This document shows positions 9,303-19,062 of a stretch of DNA of 64,000 nucleotides, in pieces. How positions within the stretch are numbered: position 1 is the stretch's first letter; each line of letters begins with the position of its first letter. Source of the stretch: Deltaproteobacteria bacterium (GTDB lineage: Bacteria > Desulfobacterota > Binatia > UBA12015); the NCBI GenBank assembly GCA_046583355.1, contig JAYGCM010000012.1, forward strand, positions 1-64,000, read 5' to 3'. The notes under the pieces are model-generated. The model was not told the origin of the DNA, ran no database searches, and was given only the letters and a program-made list of their open reading frames with translations. The position numbers and the translations under genes were made by a program.

Positions 9303-10277
9303 CTACTCTTCGAGCACGCAGGCGAAAATCAGTGGCGCGACAATGGTCGCATCGGATTCGATGACAAAGCGCGGCGTGTCGGTGCCGAGCTTTCCCCAGG
9401 TGATCTTCTCATTGGGAACCGCGCCCGAATACGACCCATAGCTCGTGGTCGAATCCGATATCTGACAAAAATAGGCCCATAAGGGGATATCCGCGCGGCG
9501 CAGATCCTGGCTGAGCATCGGCACAACGCAGATCGGAAAATCACCCGAGATGCCGCCGCCGATCTGGAAGAAGCCCAAGGGGCTTGCCGGCGTGGTCTCA
9601 ATGTACCACTCGGCCAGGCGCATCATATACTCGATGCCTGAGCGCATCGTCCACGGCTTCTCGATGCCGCCCCGGATGCATTGCGCGGCAAACATATTGC
9701 CGAGCGTCGAGTCCTCCCAACCCGGCACGAAAAGAGGTAGGTCGCACTCGGCGGCCGCCACCATCCAACTATCTTTCGGGTCGATCTGGTAGAATTCCTC
9801 GAGCTTGCCGGAGCGCAAAAGGCGGTAGAGGAACTCATGCGGGAAGTAGCGCTCGCCTGCTTGGTCGGCGGCCTGCCAATCGGCCACGACGGCGCCTTCG
9901 AGCCGCCGCATCGCTTCTTCTTCGGGGATGCAGGTATCGGTCACACGGTTCAGGTGACGCGCCAGCAGGGCTTCTTCGTCAGCCGGAGTCAGGTCGCGGT
10001 AATTCGCGATGCGCTCGTAATGGTCGTGCGCCACCAGGTTGTAGAGGTCTTCTTCGAGGTTCGCGCCGGTGCAGCAGATTCCGTGTACCTTGCCCTCGCG
10101 GATCAATTCGGCCAATGACAGGCCGAGCTCGGCGGTGCTCATCGCACCGCCCATGGTCAGGAACATGCGGCCACCGCGATCGAGCAGGTCACGCCAGCCT
10201 TGGGCGGCATCCATCAAGGCCGCCGCGTTGAAGTGCCGATAATGATGCTTGAGAAACTCGCTTACCGGAGCCGCCAT
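9303..10277 (-). CDS. Deoxyhypusine synthase-like protein (bacterial; possible homospermidine synthase)
   Basis: GAMSTAELG, TGANLEED, QIGGGI, SYSGAVPNEKITWGK, IESDATIVAPL. Confidence 0.92.
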   Translation of the reverse strand: MAAPVSEFLKHHYRHFNAAALMDAAQGWRDLLDRGGRMFLTMGGAMSTAELGLSLAELIREGKVHGICCTGANLEEDLYNLVAHDHYERIANYRDLTPADEEALLARHLNRVTDTCIPEEEAMRRLEGAVVADWQAADQAGERYFPHEFLYRLLRSGKLEEFYQIDPKDSWMVAAAECDLPLFVPGWEDSTLGNMFAAQCIRGGIEKPWTMRSGIEYMMRLAEWYIETTPASPLGFFQIGGGISGDFPICVVPMLSQDLRRADIPLWAYFCQISDSTTSYGSYSGAVPNEKITWGKLGTDTPRFVIESDATIVAPLIFACVLEE

Positions 10278-10726
10278 CAGTGGGTCTCGTCTACCACAGG
10301 CGCGGCCAGATCGGCGGTTGACTCTTCGTCCCGGGTTACGGAATCTTCCTCAATTGCGGTGATACGGCCGATACTACAGCGTTCCCCGCGCACCAACACG
10401 GCATCGTGGCGGGAGTCGCAAATGCGTCCCTGCTGCGATGTCCAGCCCACAACCTGCGCAAACGGCAACGGCGTGCAGCGGCCGTTGAGTTCGACCTTGT
10501 ATTGCCAGCCACTGGCCCGCGTACGCACCAGCAGCGAGCTTGCGTTCTCGGCGCGGAAATCCTGAATGCTGCGGACGTAAATGCAGGTCCCGGTCGGCTC
10601 CGGCAAGCGCTTGGCCTCCGCGGGATAGAGATCTGCATTGCGGGGACGCGCGCAGCCAACCACGACCAGCGCGGCGATTGTCACGGCGACCATTTTTGCT
10701 CCGGCACACATTCCGATTCTCATCAT
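10277..10726 (-). CDS. Putative lipoprotein, DUF6491-like
   Basis: VVVGC lipobox; four-Cys pattern C-IYVRSI...C-TPL...IC-DS...C-SIGRI; GAGGAG RBS. Confidence 0.65.
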   Translation of the reverse strand: MMRIGMCAGAKMVAVTIAALVVVGCARPRNADLYPAEAKRLPEPTGTCIYVRSIQDFRAENASSLLVRTRASGWQYKVELNGRCTPLPFAQVVGWTSQQGRICDSRHDAVLVRGERCSIGRITAIEEDSVTRDEESTADLAAPVVDETH

Positions 10727-10742
10727 CGCTCTCCTCTGCACG

Positions 10743-12158
10743 CTACGCTTCTACCGGCGGTCCCATCGCCCGTCGCGTCCAGCGCCCCGTTGCTACCCAG
10801 GCTATTGTAGCCGTCAACGACACGACGCTGCCCAGCAGCCCGCCCGCCCAAATGCCCGACGGACCGAGATCGGTCTGGGTCGAGAGAAACCACGCGGCCG
10901 GAAGGTTGACCGCAAAAGTCACACCCAGCGAGATCGCCATCGGCACGATGAAATCACCAGCACCCTGTAACGCTCGCATCAGCACCATGCCCACACCCAT
11001 CAGGACATAGCCGGCCGCCGCGAAGCCGAGGTATTCCGTGCCGAGGGCGATCACCTGGGGGTCGGAGCTTACAAGCCGCAAGATGCTGCCGCGGAAGAAG
11101 AAGAGGCCCCCGGCAAAGCACCACACCAGGCTTCCGTGCACCAGGATACCGATGCCCATGGCGCGCCAGGCGCGAGGGACATCGCCGGCACCGAGCGCCT
11201 GGCCGACCAAGGTCGCGCAGGCGGTCGCAAGCGGGAAAGAAAATTGCGGCACAATCATGCCGAGGCGCAGGCCGATCGTATAGGCCGTCTGTACCTCCGG
11301 GCCGAAGCGGCCTGCCAATCGGAGGTAGAAAAACGAAGACGCAATCATGCCGATCATCTGCAGGGCCGGAGGCCAGGCCGATTTCAGGAGCATCCCGAGC
11401 GTCTTGGGGTCGGGCACGAGGTGTCGCGCACGTAAATGAACTCGACTCGAGCCACGAAAGAGCACGGCCATGCCCATCGCCGTGCCGCTCAATTGCCCCA
11501 GCCCCATACCGAGGGCAACCCCGCGAACGCCAAGCTCCGGTGCGCCGAGGTTGCCGAAGATGAATATCCACTCGGCAAGCAACGCCACCGATACCTGGAC
11601 GATCGAGACGAAAAGCGGCGTCGTCGTATCGCCGGCTCCGGTAAGGATCGCGCGGAACACGAAGACGCCGCCGAAGCCCGAAGCGAGGAGAAAAAGCCAT
11701 TGCACGTAGGGCACGGCCAGGGGAAAGAACACCTCGTTGGCACCGCTGAGTTTGAGAAGCTGCTCGGGCAGAAACAGGCCGGCCAATCCGACAAGCAAGC
11801 CGATGGCGGTGGCGATGAGCAGGGCCTGCCCCGCCGTATGTTCGGCCTGCTCTGGCCGGCCGGCGCCGACCCACCGCGAGATATGGGATTGAGTGGCGAA
11901 ATTCACTCCCATGAAGCCCATGATCACGACCTGCCAGACGGTCTGGTTCACGATCACCACCGAGGCCATGGACTCCTCGCCCAATCGAACAAGAAAACTC
12001 AGATCTACAAGCGGATAGACCAACCCCGCCGCCAGGCTTCCCAGCACCATAGGCAACGCCATCGCGAGCATCGAGGAGAGAATCGGTCCCTTGGTATGGT
12101 CGCGATCGCGCAGCCCACGCAGGCGCTCGCCCAGAGATTTCGTCGCTTGCTTTTCCAT
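10743..12158 (-). CDS. MATE family efflux transporter
   Basis: DHTKGPI...ALPM, GAGDTTTPL, FIFGNLGAPELGVRG, LVGQALGAG; about 12 TM. Confidence 0.93.
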   Translation of the reverse strand: MEKQATKSLGERLRGLRDRDHTKGPILSSMLAMALPMVLGSLAAGLVYPLVDLSFLVRLGEESMASVVIVNQTVWQVVIMGFMGVNFATQSHISRWVGAGRPEQAEHTAGQALLIATAIGLLVGLAGLFLPEQLLKLSGANEVFFPLAVPYVQWLFLLASGFGGVFVFRAILTGAGDTTTPLFVSIVQVSVALLAEWIFIFGNLGAPELGVRGVALGMGLGQLSGTAMGMAVLFRGSSRVHLRARHLVPDPKTLGMLLKSAWPPALQMIGMIASSFFYLRLAGRFGPEVQTAYTIGLRLGMIVPQFSFPLATACATLVGQALGAGDVPRAWRAMGIGILVHGSLVWCFAGGLFFFRGSILRLVSSDPQVIALGTEYLGFAAAGYVLMGVGMVLMRALQGAGDFIVPMAISLGVTFAVNLPAAWFLSTQTDLGPSGIWAGGLLGSVVSLTATIAWVATGRWTRRAMGPPVEA

Positions 12159-12242
12159 TCTCCGCACCGCCGCTCAGCGGGCGTTGCCCACGCGCCGCGC
12201 TCTCCACAGTGGATAGCACGGCGGATAGCTGCGCCAACGCAA

Positions 12243-12272
12243 AGGGCCCCGGGGAGATCCCCCCGAGGCCCT
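12243..12272 (-). terminator. Intrinsic terminator after the TonB receptor gene
   Basis: AGGGCCCCGGGG...CCCCGAGGCCCT hairpin followed by a short T run on the minus strand. Confidence 0.55.
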
Positions 12273-12326
12273 CTCGTCACCACAGCGTCAGCGTCCGCTG
12301 ACCTGGCAAGCCACCGCTGCGTGGGC

Positions 12327-13546
12327 TCAGCCCGCCGTGAAGTTCCAGTCGAGTTCAAAACCATAGGTACGCGGCGCACCGTAGGTATTGCCGACAATGC
12401 CGAAGGCATCACCGAAGTCGATACCGAAGGTCCGGTAGCTCTCGTCGGTGAGGTTCTCGCCCCAAAGCGCAAATTGCATCCGCCCGAGCCCGAGCGGCGC
12501 CTCGATATCAAGCAAGGCGAGCCGTCCGGAGAGCAGGCCGTAGGTACCCTGCGAGTTGAACTCGTAGTCCTTCGTCGCGAAGAAAACCTCGTCCTGCCAA
12601 TAATAATCAAGCCGGATATAGGGCGTACCGAAGGCGGTCTCCGGGAAGGTATAGGCAGCTCCGATACTGAAGGTATTCTCCGGCGAGATAACGAATTTGC
12701 GACTCGCCGCCACATCGACCTGCCCGGCCGCACAACCGCTGGAACTTGCTCCGTCCGAGGAGGTCTCGCAGAACTTCTTGTACTCCGGCGACAGGAAGGA
12801 CCAACTCATCCGCACATCGAGGCCATCGACCGGCACCGTCACGATCTCGACCTCGGCGCCCCAGATCTCGGCCTTCGCGGCGTTCTCAACCTGCGTCACT
12901 GCAGCGCCCGCGACGGCGTCAAAGATCGTCACTTGCATATCGTCATAATCCGAGAAGAACCCATCAGCATTGAGCTGAATCCGGTTTCCCCAGAGTTGCG
13001 ATTTGAACCCCAATTCATAGGCAATGACCGTCTCCGGATCGAACGGAACCTCGAAGGTTTCCAAGGTAACGGCGCGGCCGTTGAAACCACCGCTCTTGAA
13101 GCCCTGGGTGATACTGGCATAGGTCAAAAGAGAATCGACCGGACCGAATTCCAGCACCTGATAGGCGATGCGGCCCATCGGGGAGACGTCGTCACCGCGC
13201 CGCGAATATTTACCGTCACGCCAGTATTGCCGCCAGCGTTGGTATGCATCGTCAGGTTGGGAACGAAATGGGAGATTCCACCCACCGACGTCACGTCGCG
13301 ATCAATCAGCATTTCACTATCGAAGGCGGTAATCGAGATCGGCGTATCCTGAAGCGTAGACTCTCGCTTCTGCGCCGTGATGAGCAATTCCTCCACCGTC
13401 GTCGGCTGGCCGCGTCGATTCGTGCTCTCTTCGGCCGAGGGGATTGTACCCCGCGCCTCGTCCAGGAGTCCGGCTTCCTCCGCGCCGCGCAGCGCACGGA
13501 GCGAGAACGCAGCCACGCTGCGTTCAGTCTTGATCTTCATCCTCAT
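12327..13546 (-). pseudogene. TonB-dependent receptor with a large internal deletion and frameshift
   Basis: N-terminal TonB box and plug start (VEELLITAQKRESTLQDTPISITAF...NIRG) joined out of frame near 13190 to the C-terminal barrel (DDVSPMGRIAYQ...QGFKSGGFN...APRTYGFELDWNF). Confidence 0.8.
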
Positions 13547-13579
13547 GCCCCCACCCTTCTCCTCATTGAGGAACTTGCC

Positions 13580-13626
13580 GAACCCATGGCCCAGCATACT
13601 CGGTCGCATATGCTGGAACCCATAGC
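13580..13626. promoter_or_regulatory. Candidate operator in a divergent intergenic region
   Basis: Inverted repeat CCAGCATA-N10-TATGCTGG flanked by direct repeats GAACCCATGGC / GAACCCATAGC. Confidence 0.4.
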
Positions 13627-13721
13627 TGATATCAAACCGAGATTGCCGCAGTTCGTCACGCGCCCGTCGTGGCGCAAGCCGGCGCCTTCCCCCGCCCCCT
13701 GGCCTCGGCTAAAGCGTCGCT

Positions 13722-14633
13722 ATGCAATTCGGAGTTTCGATCCCGACCGAACGCGTCGACGCGGGCGAGGAGTTCATCAGCGCGGCCGGCATTGCGGAGG
13801 TTGCATGCGCCGCCGAAGATGCCGGCTTCCACTCTTGCTACGTCACCGACCATCCTTTCCCGGTGCAGCGTTGGATCGAGGGCGGCGGGCATCACTCGCT
13901 GGACCCCTTCGTTGCCCTCTCCTTTGCGGCCGCCGCAACCACGACAATCCGGCTGCAGACCCATATTCTTGTATTGGGTTACCGCAACCCCTTTCTCGCG
14001 GCCAAGGCGGCGCTCAGCCTCGACCTGCTCTCGGCGGGAAGACTCACCTTGGGCGTCGGGGCGGGCTATCTGCGCGGCGAGTTCCAGGCCCTCGGCGCTG
14101 ACTTCGACCAACGCGGGGCGGTGGCCGATGAAACTCTTGTGGCGATGAAGCGCGCATTTGGCGAGGACGATATCGCCATGCAAGGTCTGCATTTCGAAGC
14201 GCGCGGCAACACCATGCGCCCACGTCCGACACAGCGCCCCCACCCGCCCATCTGGGTCGGGGGCAACTCACGCCCGGCAATCCGTCGCGCTATCGAACAC
14301 GGCGATGGCTGGCTCCCCTTTCCCAATACCGCGGCGATGGCGCCGTTTACGCGCACAGCAGCGATTGAATCCAACCAGGACCTGGAGCAGAGAATCCACT
14401 ACGCGCGCAGTCATGCCGCGAAAGTCGGCCGCACGGCACCGCTCGCCATCGGCTACTCACTTGACGGATTGGGTCAGGCAGAGCGCCCCGCCGCAGCTGT
14501 GCTCGAGGAGGTCGCCGCGCTTGCGGCACTCGGCGTCAGTTGGGTCGGCGTCGGCTTCCCAGCCACAGACCGCGCCGGCTATTGTGAGGCATTGCAGCGC
14601 TTCGGCGAAGAGGTCATTCGCCCCACGCAATAA
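13722..14633 (+). CDS. LLM-class oxidoreductase (probably F420-dependent, Rv2161c-like)
   Basis: AAEDAGF...VTDHP, LDPFVALSFAAAAT, SLDLLSAGRLTLGVGAG, HPPIWVGG. Confidence 0.9.
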   Translation: MQFGVSIPTERVDAGEEFISAAGIAEVACAAEDAGFHSCYVTDHPFPVQRWIEGGGHHSLDPFVALSFAAAATTTIRLQTHILVLGYRNPFLAAKAALSLDLLSAGRLTLGVGAGYLRGEFQALGADFDQRGAVADETLVAMKRAFGEDDIAMQGLHFEARGNTMRPRPTQRPHPPIWVGGNSRPAIRRAIEHGDGWLPFPNTAAMAPFTRTAAIESNQDLEQRIHYARSHAAKVGRTAPLAIGYSLDGLGQAERPAAAVLEEVAALAALGVSWVGVGFPATDRAGYCEALQRFGEEVIRPTQ

Positions 14634-14700
14634 CAACAGGCCTCTAACGGCCGAGCCTCTCGTTCTGGCGCCGCAACCGGAGGCGCAGTAGAGAACAAGC

Positions 14701-15516
14701 ATGAGCCAATACGAAACGATCGACTACCGCATCGAGAATGGCGTGGCTTGGGTGCGCCTCAACCGTCCCGACAAGATGAACGCCTTCAACTCGGTGATGC
14801 AGCGCGAACTCGCAGAAATCTGGCAGGGACTTCGGGTCGACGATTCCGTCGGCTCGGTCGTACTCTGTGCTGCCGGCGATCGCGCCTTCTGCACCGGCGT
14901 CGACCGCATGGAGGCCATCGCCGAGGATACAGGCGCCGATGCGAGCCCGGGACCAGCCGATACGCTCATGCATTTCGACGACCCCGGTGCGCTCATCGGG
15001 CCGAAATCCAACGACCTCTGGAAGCCGGTTATCGCGGCGGTCAGCGGCATCGCCTGTGGCGGTGCGTTCTATATGCTGGGCGAGGTGGACATCATCATCG
15101 CCAGCGACGATGCGACCTTCTTCGATCCGCACGTCACCTATGGAATGGTCGCCAGCTACGAGACCATCCATATGGCGCAAAAGATGCCCTTCGGCGAGTT
15201 GCTGCGTATGCAGCTTCTGGGTGCGCATGAACGCATGAGCGCGCAGACGGCGCACCGCATCGGCATGGTGAGCGAAGTCTGTACCCGCACGGACCTTGAC
15301 GAGCGCGCCCGCTGGATCGCCGAGACCATCGCCGCGCGGCCGCGCGAAGCCGTCCAGGGTACCGTTCGCACGGCCTGGGCCACCCGTGAAATGACGCGCA
15401 GTCAGGCATTGGCGCAAGGCGGCGCGTTTCTCGCATTGGGGTGGAAGCCCGAAAATCTGGCCGAAGGCCAGCGCTTCTTCAGCTCCGGGAAACGAGTCGA
15501 GTGGCAGAAGCGCTGA
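14701..15516 (+). CDS. Enoyl-CoA hydratase/isomerase family protein
   Basis: LNRPDKMNAF, AFCTGVD, KPVIAAVSGIACGG. Confidence 0.92.
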   Translation: MSQYETIDYRIENGVAWVRLNRPDKMNAFNSVMQRELAEIWQGLRVDDSVGSVVLCAAGDRAFCTGVDRMEAIAEDTGADASPGPADTLMHFDDPGALIGPKSNDLWKPVIAAVSGIACGGAFYMLGEVDIIIASDDATFFDPHVTYGMVASYETIHMAQKMPFGELLRMQLLGAHERMSAQTAHRIGMVSEVCTRTDLDERARWIAETIAARPREAVQGTVRTAWATREMTRSQALAQGGAFLALGWKPENLAEGQRFFSSGKRVEWQKR

Positions 15517-16135
15517 GCGCAGCGCCATCCAGGAGCGCGGTCACGAAGTCAATCAACGTCTCGATATAGACCTTGGATGCAGGCCGGCCACCGCGCCCGG
15601 CAGCCCCGGCATTCTCCCACGCGGCGAGCCCGTGCCACATCATGTTCAGGAGAAGCAGTGTCCCGGCGCGGCGCACGTCCTCGGAGACCGGTTCTCGCAA
15701 CTCGTCCACCATGCGGCTGAGCCGTTGCCGTGCCGGCGTCTCGACGGTGCCGAGAATGCGGGAGACCGACCACGCGCGGTTGTTCATCAGCTGCGCCATG
15801 ATAGCGACGTAGGCACGCCCGCTGGCGCTCTCCAGTTCCTCGGCAACCGGCACAACCAATGCACGCGCCAGATCGCGCAGGGTCCTGCCAGCCATTCCCT
15901 CCAGCGCATCGAGCATCTGCCCTCGCCGATGCTCGATGACCGCCAGATGAGGCTTGAGGATCGCGCGCAGCAGGCCCTCCTTGTTGCCAAAATGGTATTG
16001 CAGAGCTGACGCGTTGCGCTGCCCCGCCGAGCGCGTGATTTCGTTCAGCGAGACCTGGTCGACACCGCGCTCGGCAAAGAGCCCCTCCGCGGTCGCGAGC
16101 AATGCCTCGCGCGTTCCCGTGCCCGGAGCGGCCAT
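15479..16135 (-). CDS. TetR family transcriptional regulator
   Basis: TREALLATAEGLFAERG...ALQYHFGNKEGL HTH; start at 16135 overlaps the sulfatase stop. Confidence 0.92.
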   Translation of the reverse strand: MAAPGTGTREALLATAEGLFAERGVDQVSLNEITRSAGQRNASALQYHFGNKEGLLRAILKPHLAVIEHRRGQMLDALEGMAGRTLRDLARALVVPVAEELESASGRAYVAIMAQLMNNRAWSVSRILGTVETPARQRLSRMVDELREPVSEDVRRAGTLLLLNMMWHGLAAWENAGAAGRGGRPASKVYIETLIDFVTALLDGAALSASATRLVSRS

Positions 16136-17853
16136 CAGTCGAGCCTCCCCTGCGCGCTCACCGGGTCGCTTTCGGCCCAGCCGTAGCGCACGGCGATGGC
16201 CTCCATCTCTTCTTCGTCCGCCAACGCCACCGGGGCCACATAAAGCTCCCAATGCTCGGGGCGCTGCGCCCCTGTACGCCGCCAGACGATTGAGGCTCCG
16301 GCATCGGGCGCCTGGAGCATTGCCAGTGAACCAGAGGGCGCCGGCGCCAATATGATCGCGGGCTCGCGCGTCTGAGGCTGCTCGCCGTCGGGGTAGAAGC
16401 GACGCGCCAACTCGGTTTCGGGGATTGCACCGAGGTCATCATAGGAGCCAAGCCAATCATTCAAGGCGCCACGCATCCGTGCCAGCGGCGCCGCGTATTG
16501 CGGATCGCCGGCCAGATTACGGACCTGATGCGGATCGGTGCGCACATCGTAGAGTTCCTCGGCACCACGCGGCTCGAACCAGGCAGCCTGCACGGCATCG
16601 AGTTTCCCCGCCGCGTATAACTCGCGCCACTCACCCATCATCGCGATCGTATTGCGGTAAGCGAGGTCGAGAAAGCCCGGCTCCTCGGGGAACCAGTTGC
16701 GGATATAAAGAAAAGAATCGTCGCGAACCGAGCGGGCGCGATCGGCAAAGATGTCGAGCCGATCGCGTGCCGCAAAGACATAGCGCCGCGGCGGTCCAGC
16801 AGCCGGGCCGGCAAAAGCATGCCCGACCATATTGGCAGGTGCCGCCACACCGGCCCAGGCGAGGATCTGCGGTGCCAGGTCGACAAAGCTCACCAGGCGT
16901 TCGTCGATACTGCCCGGTGCCAGCCCCGGCGGTCGAAAACGCTCGGGCCAGCGAATGATCATCGGCACATGGATACCGCGGTCGCTGATCTCACGTTTGT
17001 AGCCGGGAAGGCCACTGCCATGGTCCGTGGTCCAGATGACAATCGTCGAGTCGGCCAGTCCGTCTGCGGTCAGGCGCGCGAGAACGGCGCCAACCTCGCG
17101 GTCCATCGTCGAGATATGGTCGTATTGGCGCGCAATCGTTCGGCGTACCAGCGGTGTATCGGGGTAGAAAGGCGGCAGAACGACATCGGCCGGGTCGCTG
17201 ATCTGCTGCACGTCGCGCTGGCGCAGCCAGAGCAGCGGCAGCATCACGGCATGCATCCCATTGCGCGGCCAGCCCATCGGAAAGAGTCCACTCTCATGGG
17301 TGATGCCGAAATTGACCATGCCGAAGAACGGACGGTCCGCCGGTGCGCTGCGCCAATCGTAGCCACCGAGAAATGAGTTCTCATCCCAAAGCGTACGCGG
17401 CCCTGAACCGGCGAGCGGCCCGTCGGAGAAGCCATAATCTGTTTTGCCGTCGTTGAACGTCCAATACCCCGCTCGACGCAGCAGCTCGGGGAAGGCCTTT
17501 ACCGCGGGTGGCGGCACAGCCGTGTACGGAATCGGGCCACCGCGTAGCGTGCGCATATGCCCGGCACCGATGGCGTTTTGCGGCATCCCCGTAATCAGCG
17601 CTGCGCGGCTGGTGGCGCAAACACCCGATGATGTGAAGGTATTGGGAAAGCGCGTGCCCTCGGCGGCCAGACGGTCGAGGTTCGGCGTTTGCGCTACGGC
17701 ATCGCCAAACGCATGCACGCGCGAGCTCATATCCTCTGCCATGAGAATCAGAATATTGGGCCGCGCCAGCGCCAGGACCGCACGCTCGGGCCGCTCGCCC
17801 CGACAGCCACCGAGGGCCACCAGTAGCAAGGAAAATACAACCAGGCGGCGCAT
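16135..17853 (-). CDS. Type I (formylglycine-dependent) sulfatase, probable lipoprotein
   Basis: LGGC lipobox; RPNILILMAED, VCATSRAALITG, WTTDHG. Confidence 0.92.
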   Translation of the reverse strand: MRRLVVFSLLLVALGGCRGERPERAVLALARPNILILMAEDMSSRVHAFGDAVAQTPNLDRLAAEGTRFPNTFTSSGVCATSRAALITGMPQNAIGAGHMRTLRGGPIPYTAVPPPAVKAFPELLRRAGYWTFNDGKTDYGFSDGPLAGSGPRTLWDENSFLGGYDWRSAPADRPFFGMVNFGITHESGLFPMGWPRNGMHAVMLPLLWLRQRDVQQISDPADVVLPPFYPDTPLVRRTIARQYDHISTMDREVGAVLARLTADGLADSTIVIWTTDHGSGLPGYKREISDRGIHVPMIIRWPERFRPPGLAPGSIDERLVSFVDLAPQILAWAGVAAPANMVGHAFAGPAAGPPRRYVFAARDRLDIFADRARSVRDDSFLYIRNWFPEEPGFLDLAYRNTIAMMGEWRELYAAGKLDAVQAAWFEPRGAEELYDVRTDPHQVRNLAGDPQYAAPLARMRGALNDWLGSYDDLGAIPETELARRFYPDGEQPQTREPAIILAPAPSGSLAMLQAPDAGASIVWRRTGAQRPEHWELYVAPVALADEEEMEAIAVRYGWAESDPVSAQGRLD

Positions 17854-17855
17854 TC

Positions 17856-18854
17856 TCAATCTGCTTCAGCCCGCAAGATGGGAAGTACCTTGGTCTCGAG
17901 AAGGCGCAGGCTCTGCCAGCCAATCTCCGGGTCCAGACCGCCCATCAGGGGGTGCATGGCGACGTTGCCGCCCGCTCCCAGACCACGACAGAGCTCGATC
18001 ATCTCCTCTGGTGTCACGACCAGATATTTGCCCGAGCGGCGCAACGCGTCTTCATCAGCAAACTCGGCATAGGGGCCGTCGAGCCCGGCCTCGGCCATCC
18101 AATGGCCGTAGGCATTCGACTCATGCAAGGCATGAGGTGCAATCTGCTCCCAGGCGGCATCGGGGTCTTCGGAGATATGCACGAACATCGGCAATGAGGG
18201 TGCCGGCGGTCCCGGATCGGGCTTGCCGAGTTTCTGCAATTCTTCGCGGTACATTTCGAAGCAGGCATCGGTTGAGGGAACGAAATAATCAGCCCATTTC
18301 GCTGCCCGGCGGGCCGCGATGCGCGTCGAGCCACCCATCAGGATCGGCGGCCGCGGCTGCTGCACAGGCCGCGGTGTAACCCGCACCATTTTGCCGTGGT
18401 ACTCGAAGCTCTCGCCGCGCCACGCCTGGTCGAGGAATTGACAGATCTCGTCCATGACCGGGCCACGGTCGCGCAAGGTCTTGCCGAAGGCGTGGAATTC
18501 GGTTTCGACGTAGCCCGCAGCGAGAATCGGAATCACCCGACCACGACTCAGGACATCGATCATGGCGATGTCTTCGGCCAAGCGTAGCGGATCATGCAAA
18601 GGCGCGATCATCGCGGCCAACGAGATGCCAATGCGCGTGGTGCGCGCGGCAACCGCACCGGCCATCACCATCGGCGAAGGCAGATAGCCGTCCGGCGAGC
18701 CATGATGTTCCGAAAGGATGACGGCGAGAAAGCCCTGCTCCTCGGCCCATACGGATTGCGCAAGCGCGGCCTCGGCCAGGTCCGCCGAGCTGCTCTTGGC
18801 AAAGGGCGGGCAGCGCAGGTCGAAGCGAATCGAAAATGCGGGACAGCTACTCAT
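17856..18854 (-). CDS. LLM-class flavin-dependent oxidoreductase
   Basis: LSEHHGSPDGYLPSP, PLHDPLRLAEDIA, VTPRPVQQPRPPILMGG. Confidence 0.9.
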   Translation of the reverse strand: MSSCPAFSIRFDLRCPPFAKSSSADLAEAALAQSVWAEEQGFLAVILSEHHGSPDGYLPSPMVMAGAVAARTTRIGISLAAMIAPLHDPLRLAEDIAMIDVLSRGRVIPILAAGYVETEFHAFGKTLRDRGPVMDEICQFLDQAWRGESFEYHGKMVRVTPRPVQQPRPPILMGGSTRIAARRAAKWADYFVPSTDACFEMYREELQKLGKPDPGPPAPSLPMFVHISEDPDAAWEQIAPHALHESNAYGHWMAEAGLDGPYAEFADEDALRRSGKYLVVTPEEMIELCRGLGAGGNVAMHPLMGGLDPEIGWQSLRLLETKVLPILRAEAD

Positions 18855-18876
18855 CTCCTGAACCTCCTCGGAGAGC

Positions 18877-18919
18877 AAAAAAGAAAAACCCCTGAACCCG
18901 ATGACGGATTCAGGGGTTT
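18877..18919 (-). terminator. Intrinsic terminator of tRNA-Ala
   Basis: AAACCCCTGAA...TTCAGGGGTTT hairpin followed by a T-rich run on the minus strand. Confidence 0.8.
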
Positions 18920-18923
18920 GAAG

Positions 18924-18996
18924 TGGAGCCGAGGGGGATCGAACCCCTGACCTTCTGGCTGCCAGCCAGACGCTCTCCCAGCTGAGCTACGGCCCC
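18924..18996 (-). tRNA. tRNA-Ala(GGC)
   Basis: GGGGCCG/CGGCTCC acceptor with G3-U70; TCTGG-CTGGCAG-CCAGA anticodon arm. Confidence 0.97.
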
Positions 18997-19062
18997 AAGC
19001 GTGCCGGATGCTTAAGGGACGCATCGCATTGCTGCAACGACGGGCCAAGCCCGTGGCGGATT

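Noticed and set aside
11436..13352. 638-aa plus-strand ORF
   Set aside because: Antisense shadow of the MATE and TonB receptor genes in GC-rich DNA; no motifs
12327..18996. Genomic island integrated at the tRNA-Ala 3' end
   Set aside because: No duplicated tRNA 3' end and no integrase found; the tRNA retains its own terminator
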